Shown here piece after piece: positions 42,377-57,334 of a DNA stretch of 64,000 bases; position 1 is the first letter of the stretch, and each line of letters opens with the position of its first letter. This DNA comes from Auanema rhodensis (lineage: Eukaryota > Animalia > Nematoda). The DNA lies in NCBI GenBank assembly GCA_964057225.1, contig OZ059898.1, forward strand, positions 21,574,501 through 21,638,500. Direction: 5' to 3'. The position numbers were made by a program, and so were the translations under genes. Below the pieces are notes generated by a model. It searched no databases. It was not told where the DNA came from and was given only the letters and a program-made list of their open reading frames with translations.

Positions 42377-45300
42377 ATTTGTTTTTAGACTAATATGGAC
42401 ATGGGGAATCTAATTTTGAAAACCGCATCTCTTTATCTTTCACGTGAAGCGAGTTACATACCAAGTGCACATCACGTGTACATTTAATTAGCATAAATTA
42501 AAGTTCACGTAAATTTCAAAGTCATGGTTACCATGCACCAATATCAATAAAAATTTGTTTTTAGACTGATATGGACATGGGGAATCTAATTTTGAAAACC
42601 GCATCTCTTTATCTTTCACGTGAAGCGAGTTACATACCAAGTGCACATCACGTGTACATTTAATTAGAATAAATTAAAGTTCACGTAAATTTCAAAGTCA
42701 TGGTTACCATGCACCAATATCAATAAAAATTTGTTTTTAGACTAATATGGACATGGGGAATCTAATTTTGAAAACCGCATCTCTTTATCTTTCACGTGAA
42801 GCGAGTTACATACCAAGTGCACATCACGTGTACATTTAATTAGCATAAATTAAAGTTCACGTAAATTTCAAAGTCATGGTTACCATGCACCAATATCAAT
42901 AAAAATTTGTTTTTAGACTAATATGGACATGGGGAATCTAATTTTGAAAACCGCATCTCTTTATCTTTCACATGAAGCGAGTTACATACCAAGTGCACAT
43001 CACGTGTACATTTAATTAGAATAAATTAAAGTTCACGTAAATTTCAAAGTCATGGTTACCATGCACCAATATCAATAAAAATTTGTTTTTAGACTAATAT
43101 GGACATGGGGAATCTAATTTTGAAAACCGCATCTCTTTATCTTTCACGTGAAGCGAGTTACATACCAAGTGCACATCACGTGTACATTTAATTAGCATAA
43201 ATTAAAGTTCACGTAAATTTCAAAGTCATGGTTACCATGAACCAATATCAATAAAAATTTGTTTTTAGACTAATATGGACATGGGGAATCTAATTTTGAA
43301 AACCGCATCTCTTTATCTTTCACGTGAAGCGAGTTACATACCAAGTGCACATCACGTGTACATTTAATTAGCATAAATTAAAGTTCACGTAAATTTCAAA
43401 GTCTTGGTTACCATGCACCAATATCAATAAAAATTTGTTTTTAGACTAATATGGAGATGGGGAATCTAATTTTGAAAACCGCATCTCTTTATCTTTCACG
43501 TGAAGCGAGTTACATACCAAGTGCACATCACGTGTACATTTAATTAGCATAAATTAAAGTTCACGTAAATTTCAAAGTCATGGTTACCATGAACCAATAT
43601 CAATAAAAATTTGTTTTTAGACTAATATGGACTTGGGGAATCTAATTTTGAAAACCGCATCTCTTTATCTTTCACGTGAAGCGAGTTACATACCAAGTGC
43701 ACATCACGTGTACATTTAATTAGCATAAATTAAAGTACACGTAAATTTCAAAGTCATGGTTACCATGCACCAATATCAATAAAAATTTGTTTTTAGACTA
43801 ATATGGAGATGGGGAATCTAATTTTGAAAACCGCATCTCTTTATCTTTCACGTGAAGCGAGTTACATACCAAGTGCACATCACGTGTACATTTAATTAGC
43901 ATAAATTAAAGTTCACGTAAATTTCAAAGTCATGGTTACCATGAACCAATATCAATAAAAATTTGTTTTTAGACTGATATGGACTTGGGGAATCTAATTT
44001 TGAAAACCGCATCTCTTTATCTTTCACGTGAAGCGAGTTACATACCAAGTGCACATCACGTGTACATTTAATTAGCATAAATTAAAGTACACGTAAATTT
44101 CAAAGTCATGGTTACCATGCACCAATATCAATAAAAATTTGTTTTTAGACTAATATGGACATGGGGAATCTAATTTTGAAAACCGCATCTCTTTATCTTT
44201 CACGTGAAGCGAGTTACATACCAAGTGCACATCACGTGTACATTTAATTAGCATAAATTAAAGTTCACGTAAATTTCAAAGTCATGGTTACCATGAACCA
44301 ATATCGATAAAAATTTGTTTTTAGACTAATATGGACATGGGGAATCTAATTTTGAAAACCGCATCTCTTTATCTTTCACGTGAAGCGAGTTACATACCAA
44401 GTGCACATCACGTGTACATTTAATTAGCATAAATTAAAGTTCACGTAAATTTCAAAGTCATGGTTACCATGCACCAATATCAATAAAAATTTGTTTTTAG
44501 ACTAATATGGACATGGGGAATCTAATTATGAAAACCGCATCTCTTTATCTTTCACGTGAAGCGAGTTACATACCAAGTGCACATCACGTGTACATTTAAT
44601 TAGCATAAATTAAAGTTCACGTAAATTTCAAAGTCATGGTTACCATGAACCAATATCAATAAAAATTTGTTTTTAGACTAATATGGACATGGGGAATCTA
44701 ATTTTGAAAACCGCATCTCTTTATCTTTCACGTGAAGCGAGTTACATACCAAGTGCACATCACGTGTACATTTAATTAGCATAAATTAAAGTTCACGTAA
44801 ATTTCAAAGTCATGGTTACCATGCACCAATATCAATAAAAATTTGTTTTTAGACTAATATGGACATGGGGAATCTAATTTTGAAAACCGCATCTCTTTAT
44901 CTTTCACGTGAAGCGAGTTACATACCAAGTGCACATCACGTGTACATTTAATTAGCATAAATTAAAGTTCACGTAAATTTCAAAGTCATGGTTACCATGA
45001 ACCAATATCAATAAAAATTTGTTTTTAGACTAATATGGACATGGGGAATCTAATTTTGAAAACCGCATCTCTTTATCTTTCACGTGAAGCGAGTTACATA
45101 CCAAGTGCACATCACGTGTACATTTAATTAGCATAAATTAAAGTTCACGTAAATTTCAAAGTCATGGTTACCATGCACCAATATCAATAAAAATTTGTTT
45201 TTAGACTAATATGGAGATGGGGAATCTAATTTTGAAAACCGCATCTCTTTATCTTTCACGTGAAGCGAGTTACATACCAAGTGCACATCACGTGTACATT

Positions 45301-48300
45301 TAATTAGCATAAATTAAAGTTCACGTAAATTTCAAAGTCATGGTTACCATGAACCAATATCAATAAAAATTTGTTTTTAGACTAATATGGACATGAGGAA
45401 TCTAATTTTGAAAACCGCATCTCTTTATCTTTCACGTGAAGCGAGTTACATACCAAGTGCACATCACGTGTACATTTAATTAGCATAAATTAAAGTTCAC
45501 GTAAATTTCAAAGTCATGGTTACCATGCACCAATATCAATAAAAATTTGTTTTTAGACTAATATGGACATGGGGAATCTAATTTTGAAAACTGCATCTCT
45601 TTATCTTTCACGTGAAGCGAGTTACATACCAAGTGCACATCACGTGTACATTTAATTAGCATAAATCAAAGTTCACGTAAATTTCAAAGTCATGGTTACC
45701 ATGAACCAATATCAATAAAAATTTGTTTTTAGACTAATATGGACATGGGGAATCTAATTTTGAAAACCGCATCTCTTTATCTTTCACGTGAAGCGAGTTA
45801 AATACCAAGTGCACATCACGTGTACATTTAATTAGCATAAATTAAAGTACACGTAAATTTCAAAGTCATGGTTACCATGCACCAATATCAATAAAAATTT
45901 GTTTTTAGACTAATATGGACATGGGGAATCTAATTTTGAAAACCGCATCTCTTTATCTTTCACGTGAAGCGAGTTACATACCAAGTGCACATCACGTGTA
46001 CATTTAATTAGCATGAATTAAAGTTCACGTAAATTTCAAAGTCATGGTTACCATGCACCAATATCAATAAAAATTTGTTTTTAGACTAATATGGACATGG
46101 GGAATCTAATTTTGAAAACCGCATCTCTTTATCTTTCACGTGAAGCAAGTTACATACCAAGTGCACATCACGTGTACATTTAATTAGCATAAATTAAAGT
46201 TCACGTAAATTTCAAAGTCATGGTTACCATGCACCAATATCAATAAAAATTTGTTTTTAGACTAATATGGACATGGGGAATCTAATTTTAAAAACCGCAT
46301 CTCTTTATCTTTCACGTGAAGCGAGTTACATACCAAGTGCACATCACGTGTACATTTAATTAGCATAAATTAAAGTTCACGTAAATTTCAAAGTCATGGT
46401 TACCATGCACCAATATCAATAAAAATTTGTTTTTAGACTAATATGGACATGGGGAATCTAATTTTGAAAACCGCATCTCTTTATCTTTCACGTGAAGCGA
46501 GTTACATACCAAGTGCACATCACGTGTACATTTAATTAGCATAAATTAAAGTTCACGTAAATTTCAAAGTCATGGTTACCATGCACCAATATCAATAAAA
46601 ATTTGTTTTTAGACTAATATGGACATGGGGAATCTAATTTTGAAAACCGCATCTCTTTATCTTTCACGTGAAGCGAGTTACATACCAAGTGCACATCACG
46701 TGTACATTTAATTAGCATAAATTAAAGTTCACGTAAATTTCAAAGTCATGGTTACCATGCACCAATATCAATAAAAATTTGTTTTTAGACTAATATGGAC
46801 ATGGGGAATCTAATTTTGAAAACCGCATCTCTTTATCTTTCACGTGAAGCGAGTTACATACCAAGTGCACATCACGTGTACATTTAATTAGCATAAATTA
46901 AAGTTCACGTAAATTTCAAAGTCATGGTTACCATGAACCAATATCAATAAAAATTTGTTTTTAGACTAATATGGACATGGGGAATCTAATTTTGAAAACC
47001 GCATCTCTTTATCTTTCACGTGAAGCGAGTTACATACCAAGTGCACATCACGTGTACATTTAATTAGCATAAATTAAAGTTCACGTAAATTTCAAAGTCA
47101 TGGTTACCATAAACCAATATCAATAAAAATTTGTTTTTAGACTAATATGGACATGAGGAATCTAATTTTGAAAACCGCATCTCTTTATCTTTCACGTGAA
47201 GCGAGTTACATACCAAGTGCACATCACGTGTACATTTAATTAGCATAAATTAAAGTTCACGTAAATTTCAAAGTCATGGTTACCATAAACCAATATCAAT
47301 AAAAATTTGTTTTTAGACTAATATGGAGATGGGGAATCTAATTTTGAAAACCGCATCTCTTTATCTTTCACGTGAAGCGAGTTACATACCAAGTGCACAT
47401 CACGTGTACATTTAATTAGCATAAATTAAAGTTCACGTAAATTTCAAAGTCATGGTTACCATGAACCAATATCAATAAAAATTTGTTTTTAGACTAATAT
47501 GGACATGAGGAATCTAATTTTGAAAACCGCATCTCTTTATCTTTCACGTGAAGCGAGTTACATACCAAGTGCACATCACGTGTACATTTAATTAGCATAA
47601 ATTAAAGTTCACGTAAATTTCAAAGTCATGGTTACCATGCACCAATATCAATAAAATTTTTTTTAGACTAATATGGACATGGGGAATCTAATTTTGAAAA
47701 CTGCATCTCTTTATCTTTCACGTGAAGCGAGTTACATACCAAGTGCACATCACGTGTACATTTAATTAGCATAAATCAAAGTTCACGTAAATTTCAAAGT
47801 CATGGTTACCATGAACCAATATCAATAAAAATTTGTTTTTAGACTAATATGGACATGGGGAATCTAATTTTGAAAACCGCATCTCTTTATCTTTCACGTG
47901 AAGCGAGTTACATACCAAGTGCACATCACGTGTACATTTAATTAGCATAAATTAAAGTTCACGTAAATTTCAAAGTCATGGTTACCATGCACCAATATCA
48001 ATAAAAATTTGTTTTTAGACTAATATGGACATGGGGAATCTAATTTTGAAAACCGCATCTCTTTATCTTTCACGTGAAGCGAGTTACATACCAAGTGCAC
48101 ATCACGTGTACATTTAATTAGCATAAATTAAAGTTCACGTAAATTTCAAAGTCATGGTTACCATGCACCAATATCAATAAAAATTTGTTTTTAGACTAAT
48201 ATGGACATGGGGAATCTAATTTTGAAAACCGCATCTCTTTATCTTTCACGTGAAGCGAGTTACATACCAAGTGCACATCACGTGTACATTTAATTAGCAT

Positions 48301-48534
48301 AAATTAAAGTTCACGTAAATTTCAAAGTCATGGTTACCATGCACCAATATCAATAAAAATTTGTTTTTAGACTAATATGGACATGGGGAATCTAATTTTG
48401 AAAACCGCATCTCTTTATCTTTCACGTGAAGCGAGTTACATACCAAGTGCACATCACGTGTACATTTAATTAGCATAAATTAAAGTTCACGTAAATTTCA
48501 AAGTCATGGTTACCATGAACCAATATCAATAAAA

Positions 48535-51500
48535 ATTTGTTTTTAGACTAATATGGACATGGGGAATCTAATTTTGAAAACCGCATCTCTTTATCTTTCA
48601 CGTGAAGCGAGTTACATACCAAGTGCACATCACGTGTACATTTAATTAGCATAAATTAAAGTTCACGTAAATTTCAAAGTCATGGTTACCATAAACCAAT
48701 ATCAATAAAAATTTGTTTTTAGACTAATATGGACATGAGGAATCTAATTTTGAAAACCGCATCTCTTTATCTTTCACGTGAAGCGAGTTACATACCAAGT
48801 GCACATCACGTGTACATTTAATTAGCATAAATTAAAGTTCACGTAAATTTCAAAGTCATGGTTACCATGCACCAATATCAATAAAAATTTGTTTTTAGAC
48901 TAATATGGACATGGGGAATCTAATTTTGAAAACCGCATCTCTTTATATTTCACGTGAAGCGAGTTACATACCAAGTGCACATCACGTGTACATTTAATTA
49001 GCATAAATCAAAGTTCACGTAAATTTCAAAGTCATGGTTACCATGAACCAATATCAATAAAAATTTGTTTTTAGACTAATATGGACATGGGGAATCTAAT
49101 TTTGAAAACCGCATCTCTTTATCTTTCACGTGAAGCGAGTTACATACCAAGTGCACATCACGTGTACATTTAATTAGCATAAATTAAAGTTCACGTAAAT
49201 TTCAAAGTCATGGTTACCATGAACCAATATCAATAAAAATTTGTTTTTAGACTAATATGGACATGGGGAATCTAATTTTGAAAACCGCATCTCTTCATCT
49301 TTCACGTGAAGCGAGTTACATACCAAGTGCACATCACGTGTACATTTAATTAGCATAAATTAAAGTTCACGTAAATTTCAAAGTCATGGTTACCATGAAC
49401 CAATATCAATAAAAATTTGTTTTTAGACTAATATGGACATGAGGAATCTAATTTTGAAAACCGCATCTCTTTATCTTTCACGTGAAGCGAGTTACATACC
49501 AAGTGCACATCACGTGTACATTTAATTAGCATAAATTAAAGTTCACGTAAATTTCAAAGTCATGGTTACCATGCACCAATATCAATAAAAATTTGTTTTT
49601 AGACTAATATGGACATGGGGAATCTAATTTTGAAAACTGCATCTCTTTATCTTTCACGTGAAGCGAGTTACATACCAAGTGCACATCACGTGTACATTTA
49701 ATTAGCATAAATTAAAGTTCACGTAAATTTTAAAGTCATGGTTACCATGCACCAATATCAATAAAAATTTGTTTTTAGACTAATATGGACATGGGGAATC
49801 TAATTTTGAAAACCGCATCTCTTTATCTTTCACGTGAAGCGAGTTACATACCAAGTGCACATCACGTGTACATTTAATTAGCATAAATTAAAGTTCACGT
49901 AAATTTCAAAGTCATGGTTACCATGCACCAATATCAATAAAAATTTGTTTTTAGACTAATATGGACATGGGGAATCTAATTTTGAAAACCGCATCTCTTT
50001 ATCTTTCACGTGAAGCGAGTTACATACCAAGTGCACATCACGTGTACATTTAATTAGCATAAATTAAAGTTCACGTAAATTTCAAAGTCATGGTTACCAT
50101 GCACCAATATCAATAAAAATTTGTTTTTAGACTAATATGGACATGGGGAATCTAATTTTGAAAACCGCATCTCTTTATCTTTCACGTGAAGCGAGTTACA
50201 TACCAAGTGCACATCACGTGTACATTTAATTAGCATGAATTAAAATTCACGTAAATTTTAAAGTCATGGTTACCATGCACCAATATCAATAAAAATTTGT
50301 TTTTAGACTAATATGGACATGGGGAATCTAATTTTGAAAACCGCATCTCTTTATCTTTCACGTGAAGCGAGTTACATACCAAGTGCACATCACGTGTACA
50401 TTTAATTAGCATAAATTAAAGTTCACGTAAATTTCAAAGTCATGGTTACCATGCACCAATATCAATAAAAATTTGTTTTTAGACTAATATGGACATGGGG
50501 AATCTAATTTTAAAAACCGCATCTCTTTATCTTTCACGTGAAGCGAGTTACATACCAAGTGCACATCACGTGTACATTTAATTAGCATAAATTAAAGTTC
50601 ACGTAAATTTCAAAGTCATGGTTACCATGCACCAATATCAATAAAAATTTGTTTTTAGACTAATATGGACATGGGGAATCTAATTTTGAAAACCGCATCT
50701 CTTTATCTTTCACGTGAAGCGAGTTACATACCAAGTGCACATCACGTGTACATTTAATTAGCATGAATTAAAATTCACGTAAATTTTAAAGTCATGGTTA
50801 CCATGCACCAATATCAATAAAAATTTGTTTTTAGACTAATATGGACATGGGGAATCTAATTTTGAAAACCGCATCTCTTTATCTTTCACGTGAAGCGAGT
50901 TACATACCAAGTGCACATCACGTGTACATTTAATTAGCATAAATTAAAGTTCACGTAGATTTCAAAGTCATGGTTACCATGCACCAATATCAATAAAAAT
51001 TTGTTTTTAGACTAATATGGACATGGGGAATCTAATTTTGAAAACCGCATCTCTTTATCTTTCACGTGAAGCGAGTTACATACCAAGTGCACATCACGTG
51101 TACATTTAATTAGCATAAATTAAAGTTCACGTAAATTTCAAAGTCATGGTTACCATGAACCAATATCAATAAAAATTTGTTTTTAGACTAATATGGACAT
51201 GGGGAATCTAATTTTGAAAACCGCATCTCTTTATCTTTCACGTGAAGCGAGTTACATACCAAGTGCACATCACGTGTACATTTAATTAGCATAAATTAAA
51301 GTTCACGTAAATTTCAAAGTCATGGTTACCATAAACCAATATCAATAAAAATTTGTTTTTAGACTAATATGGACATGAGGAATCTAATTTTGAAAACCGC
51401 ATCTCTTTATCTTTCACGTGAAGCGAGTTACATACCAAGTGCACATCACGTGTAAATTTAATTAGCATAAATTAAAGTTCACGTAAATTTCAAAGTCATG

Positions 51501-54500
51501 GTTACCATGCACCAATATCAATAAAAATTTGTTTTTAGACTAATATGGACATGAGGAATCTAATTTTGAAAACCGCATCTCTTTATCTTTCACGTGAAGC
51601 GAGTTACATACCAAGTGCACATCACGTGTACATTTAATTAGCATAAATTAAAGTTCACGTAAATTTCAAAGTCATGGTTACCATAAACCAATATCAATAA
51701 AAATTTGTTTTTAGACTAATATGGACATGAGGAATCTATTTTTGAAAACCGCATCTCTTTATCTTTCACGTGAAGCGAGTTACATACCAAGTGCACATCA
51801 CGTGTAAATTTAATTAGCATAAATTAAAGTTCACGTAAATTTCAAAGTCATGGTTACCATTCACCAATATCAATAAAAATTTGTTTTTAGACTAATATGG
51901 ACATGGGGAATCTAATTTTGAAAACCGCATCTCTTTATCTTTCACGTGAAGCGAGTTACACACCAAGTGCACATCACGTGTACATTTAATTAGCATAAAT
52001 TAAAGTTCACGTAAATTTCAAAGTCATGGTTACCATGCACCAATATCAATAAAAATTTGTTTTTAGACTAATATGGACATGGGGAATCTAATTTTGAAAA
52101 CCGCATCTCTTTATCTTTCACGTGAAGCGAGTTACATACCAAGTGCACATCACGTGTACATTTAATTAGCATAAATTAAAGTTCACGTAAATTTCAAAGT
52201 CATGGTTACCATGCACCAATATCAATAAAAATTTGTTTTTAGACTAATATGGACATGGGGAATCTAATTTTGAAAACCGCATCTCTTTATCTTTCACGTG
52301 AAGCGAGTTACATACCAAGTGCACATCACGTGTACATTTAATTAGCATAAATTAAAGTTCACGTAAATTTCAAAGTCATGGTTACCATGCACCAATATTA
52401 ATAAAAATTTGTTTTTAGACTAATATGGACATGGGGAATCTAATTTTGAAAACCGCATCTCTTTATCTTTCACGTGAAGCGAGTAACATACCAAGTGCAC
52501 ATCACGTGTACATTTAATTAGCATAAATTAAAGTTCACGTAAATTTCAAAGTCATGGTTACCATGCACCAATATCAATAAAAATTTGTTTTTAGACTAAT
52601 ATGGACATGGGGAATCTAATTTTGAAAACCGCATCTCTTTATCTTTCACGTGAAGCGAGTTACATACCAAGTGCACATCACGTGTACATTTAATTAGCAT
52701 AAATTAAAGTTCACGTAAATTTCAAAGTCATGGTTACCATGCACCAATATCAATAAAAATTTGTTTTTAGACTAATATGGACATGAGGAATCTAATTTCA
52801 AAAACCGCATCTCTTTATCTTTCACGTGAAGCGAGTTACATACCAAGTGCACATCACGTGTACATTTAATTAGCATAAATTAAAGTTCACGTAAATTTCA
52901 AAGTCATGGTTACCATGAACCAATATCAATAAAAATTTGTTTTTAGACTATTATGGACATGAGGAATCTAATTTTGAAAACCGCATCTCTTTATCTTTCA
53001 CGTGAAGCGAGTTACATACCAAGTGCACATCACGTGTACATTTAATTAGCATAAATTAAAGTTCACGTAAATTTCAAAGTCATGGTTACCATGAACCAAT
53101 ATCGATAAAAATTTGTTTTTAGACTAATATGGACATGGGGAATCTAATTTTGAAAACCGCATCTCTTTATCTTTCACGTGAAGCGAGTTACATACCAAGT
53201 GCACATCACGTGTACATTTAATTAGCATAAATTAAAGTTCACGTAAATTTCAAAGTCATGGTTACCATAAACCAATATCAATAAAAATTTGTTTTTAGAC
53301 TAATATGGACATGAGGAATCTAATTTTGAAAACCGCATCTCTTTATCTTTCACGTGAAGCGAGTTACATACCAAGTGCACATCACGTGTACATTTAATTA
53401 GCATAAATTAAAGTTCACGTAAATTTCAAAGTCATGGTTACCATGCACCAATATCAATAAAAATTTGTTTTTAGACTAATATGGACATGGGGAATCTAAT
53501 TTTGAAAACCGCATCTCTTTATCTTTCACGTGAAGCGAGTTACATACCAAGTGCACATCACGTGTACATTTAATTAGCATAAATCAAAGTTCACGTAAAT
53601 TTCAAAGTCATGGTTACCATGAACCAATATCAATAAAAATTTGTTTTTAGACTAATATGGACATGGGGAATCTAATTTTGAAAACCGCATCTCTTTATCT
53701 TTCACGTGAAGCGAGTTACATACCAAGTGCACATCACGTGTACATTTAATTAGCATAAATTAAAGTTCACGTAAATTTCAAAGTCATGGTTACCATGAAC
53801 CAATATCAATAAAAATTTGTTTTTAGACTAATATGGACATGGGGAATCTAATTTTGAAAACCGCATCTCTTCATCTTTCACGTGAAGCGAGTTACATACC
53901 AAGTGCACATCACGTGTACATTTAATTAGCATAAATTAAAGTTCACGTAAATTTCAAAGTCATGGTTACCATGAACCAATATCAATAAAAATTTGTTTTT
54001 AGACTAATATGGACATGAGGAATCTAATTTTGAAAACCGCATCTCTTTATCTTTCACGTGAAGCGAGTTACATACCAAGTGCACATCACGTGTACATTTA
54101 ATTAGCATAAATTAAAGTTCACGTAAATTTCAAAGTCATGGTTACCATGCACCAATATCAATAAAAATTTGTTTTTAGACTAATATGGACATGGGGAATC
54201 TAATTTTGAAAACTGCATCTCTTTATCTTTCACGTGAAGCGAGTTACATACCAAGTGCACATCACGTGTACATTTAATTAGCATAAATTAAAGTTCACGT
54301 AAATTTTAAAGTCATGGTTACCATGCACCAATATCAATAAAAATTTGTTTTTAGACTAATATGGACATGGGGAATCTAATTTTGAAAACCGCATCTCTTT
54401 ATCTTTCACGTGAAGCGAGTTACATACCAAGTGCACATCACGTGTACATTTAATTAGCATAAATTAAAGTTCACGTAAATTTCAAAGTCATGGTTACCAT

Positions 54501-57158
54501 GCACCAATATCAATAAAAATTTGTTTTTAGACTAATATGGACATGGGGAATCTAATTTTGAAAACCGCATCTCTTTATCTTTCACGTGAAGCGAGTTACA
54601 TACCAAGTGCACATCACGTGTACATTTAATTAGCATAAATTAAAGTTCACGTAAATTTCAAAGTCATGGTTACCATGCACCAATATCAATAAAAATTTGT
54701 TTTTAGACTAATATGGACATGGGGAATCTAATTTTGAAAACCGCATCTCTTTATCTTTCACGTGAAGCGAGTTACATACCAAGTGCACATCACGTGTACA
54801 TTTAATTAGCATGAATTAAAATTCACGTAAATTTTAAAGTCATGGTTACCATGCACCAATATCAATAAAAATTTGTTTTTAGACTAATATGGACATGGGG
54901 AATCTAATTTTGAAAACCGCATCTTTTTATCTTTCACGTGAAGCGAGTTACATACCAAGTGCACATCACGTGTACATTTAATTAGCATAAATTAAAGTTC
55001 ACGTAAATTTCAAAGTCATGGTTACCATGCACCAATATCAATAAAAATTTGTTTTTAGACTAATATGGACATGGGGAATCTAATTTTAAAAACCGCATCT
55101 CTTTATCTTTCACGTGAAGCGAGTTACATACCAAGTGCACATCACGTGTACATTTAATTAGCATAAATTAAAGTTCACGTAAATTTCAAAGTCATGGTTA
55201 CCATGCACCAATATCAATAAAAATTTGTTTTTAGACTAATATGGACATGGGGAATCTAATTTTGAAAACCGCATCTCTTTATCTTTCACGTGAAGCAAGT
55301 TGCATACCAAGTGCACATCACGTGTACATTTAATTAGCATAAATTAAAGTTCACGTAAATTTCAAAGTCATGGTTACCATGCACCAATATCAATAAAAAT
55401 TTGTTTTTAGACTAATATGGACATGGGGAATCTAATTTTGAAAACCGCATCTCTTTATCTTTCACGTGAAGCGAGTTACATACCAAGTGCACATCACGTG
55501 TACATTTAATTAGCATAAATTAAAGTTCACGTAGATTTCAAAGTCATGGTTACCATGCACCAATATCAATAAAAATTTGTTTTTAGACTAATATGGACAT
55601 GGGGAATCTAATTTTGAAAACCGCATCTCTTTATCTTTCACGTGAAGCGAGTTACATACCAAGTGCACATCACGTGTACATTTAATTAGCATAAATTAAA
55701 GTTCACGTAAATTTCAAAGTCATGGTTACCATGAACCAATATCAATAAAAATTTGTTTTTAGACTAATATGGACATGGGGAATCTAATTTTGAAAACCGC
55801 ATCTCTTTATCTTTCACGTGAAGCGAGTTACATACCAAGTGCACATCACGTGTACATTTAATTAGCATAAATTAAAGTTCACGTAAATTTCAAAGTCATG
55901 GTTACCATAAACCAATATCAATAAAAATTTGTTTTTAGACTAATATGGACATGAGGAATCTAATTTTGAAAACCGCATCTCTTTATCTTTCACGTGAAGC
56001 GAGTTACATACCAAGTGCACATCACGTGTAAATTTAATTAGCATAAATTAAAGTTCACGTAAATTTCAAAGTCATGGTTACCATGCACCAATATCAATAA
56101 AAATTTGTTTTTAGACTAATATGGACATGGGGAATCTAATTTTGAAAACCGCATCTCTTTATCTTTCACGTGAAGCGAGTTACACACCAAGTGCACATCA
56201 CGTGTACATTTAATTAGCATAAATTAAAGTTCACGTAAATTTCAAAGTCATGGTTACCATGCACCAATATCAATAAAAATTTGTTTTTAGACTAATATGG
56301 ACATGGGGAATCTAATTTTGAAAACCGCATCTCTTTATCTTTCACGTGAAGCGAGTTACATACCAAGTGCACATCACGTGTACATTTAATTAGCATAAAT
56401 TAAAGTTCACGTAAATTTCAAAGTCATGGTTACCATGCACCAATATTAATAAAAATTTGTTTTTAGACTAATATGGACATGGGGAATCTAATTTTGAAAA
56501 CCGCATCTCTTTATCTTTCACGTGAAGCGAGTAACATACCAAGTGCACATCACGTGTACATTTAATTAGCATAAATTAAAGTTCACGTAAATTTCAAAGT
56601 CATGGTTACCATGCACCAATATCAATAAAAATTTGTTTTTAGACTAATATGGACATGGGGAATCTAATTTTGAAAACCGCATCTCTTTATCTTTCACGTG
56701 AAGCGAGTTACATACCAAGTGCACATCACGTGTACATTTAATTAGCATAAATTAAAGTTCACGTAAATTTCAAAGTCATGGTTACCATGCACCAATATCA
56801 ATAAAAATTTGTTTTTAGACTAATATGGACATGAGGAATCTAATTTCGAAAACCGCATCTCTTTATCTTTCACGTGAAGCGAGTTACATACCAAGTGCAC
56901 ATCACGTGTACATTTAATTAGCATAAATTAAAGTTCACGTAAATTTCAAAGTCATGGTTACCATGAACCAATATCAATAAAAATTTGTTTTTAGACTATT
57001 ATGGACATGAGGAATCTAATTTTGAAAACCGCATCTCTTTATCTTTCACGTGAAGCGAGTTACATACCAAGTGCACATCACGTGTACATTTAATTAGCAT
57101 AAATTAAAGTTCACGTAAATTTCAAAGTCATGGTTACCATGAACCAATATCGATAAAA
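48535..57158. repeat. Tandem duplication of a 26-monomer (4576-bp) unit; second copy is 23 monomers
   Basis: Marker pairs at offset 4576: 48693/53269, 49296/53872, 50245/54821, 50958/55534, 51333/55909. The offset then drops to 4224 (51961/56185) and 4048 (52399/56447, 52485/56533, 52799/56847, 52951/56999). Confidence 0.88.
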
Positions 57159-57334
57159 ATTTGTTTTTAGACTAATATGGACATGGGGAATCTAATTTTG
57201 AAAACCGCATCTCTTTATCTTTCACGTGAAGCGAGTTACATACCAAGTGCACATCACGTGTACATTTAATTAGCATAAATCAAAGTTCACGTAAATTTCA
57301 AAGTCATGGTTACCATGAACCAATATCGATAAAA

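Noticed and set aside
43896-44078. Second 60-aa minus-strand ORF
   Set aside because: Same artefact through the ACTGAT variant (TAG>CAG). The same variant near 34824 and 42568 gives no ORF because those monomers lost the ATG (A116), which shows it is incidental.
47651-47670. 2-bp deletion giving AAAATTTTTTTT
   Set aside because: It occurs once in a homopolymer context and may be slippage or a sequencing error, so it was used only for phase accounting.
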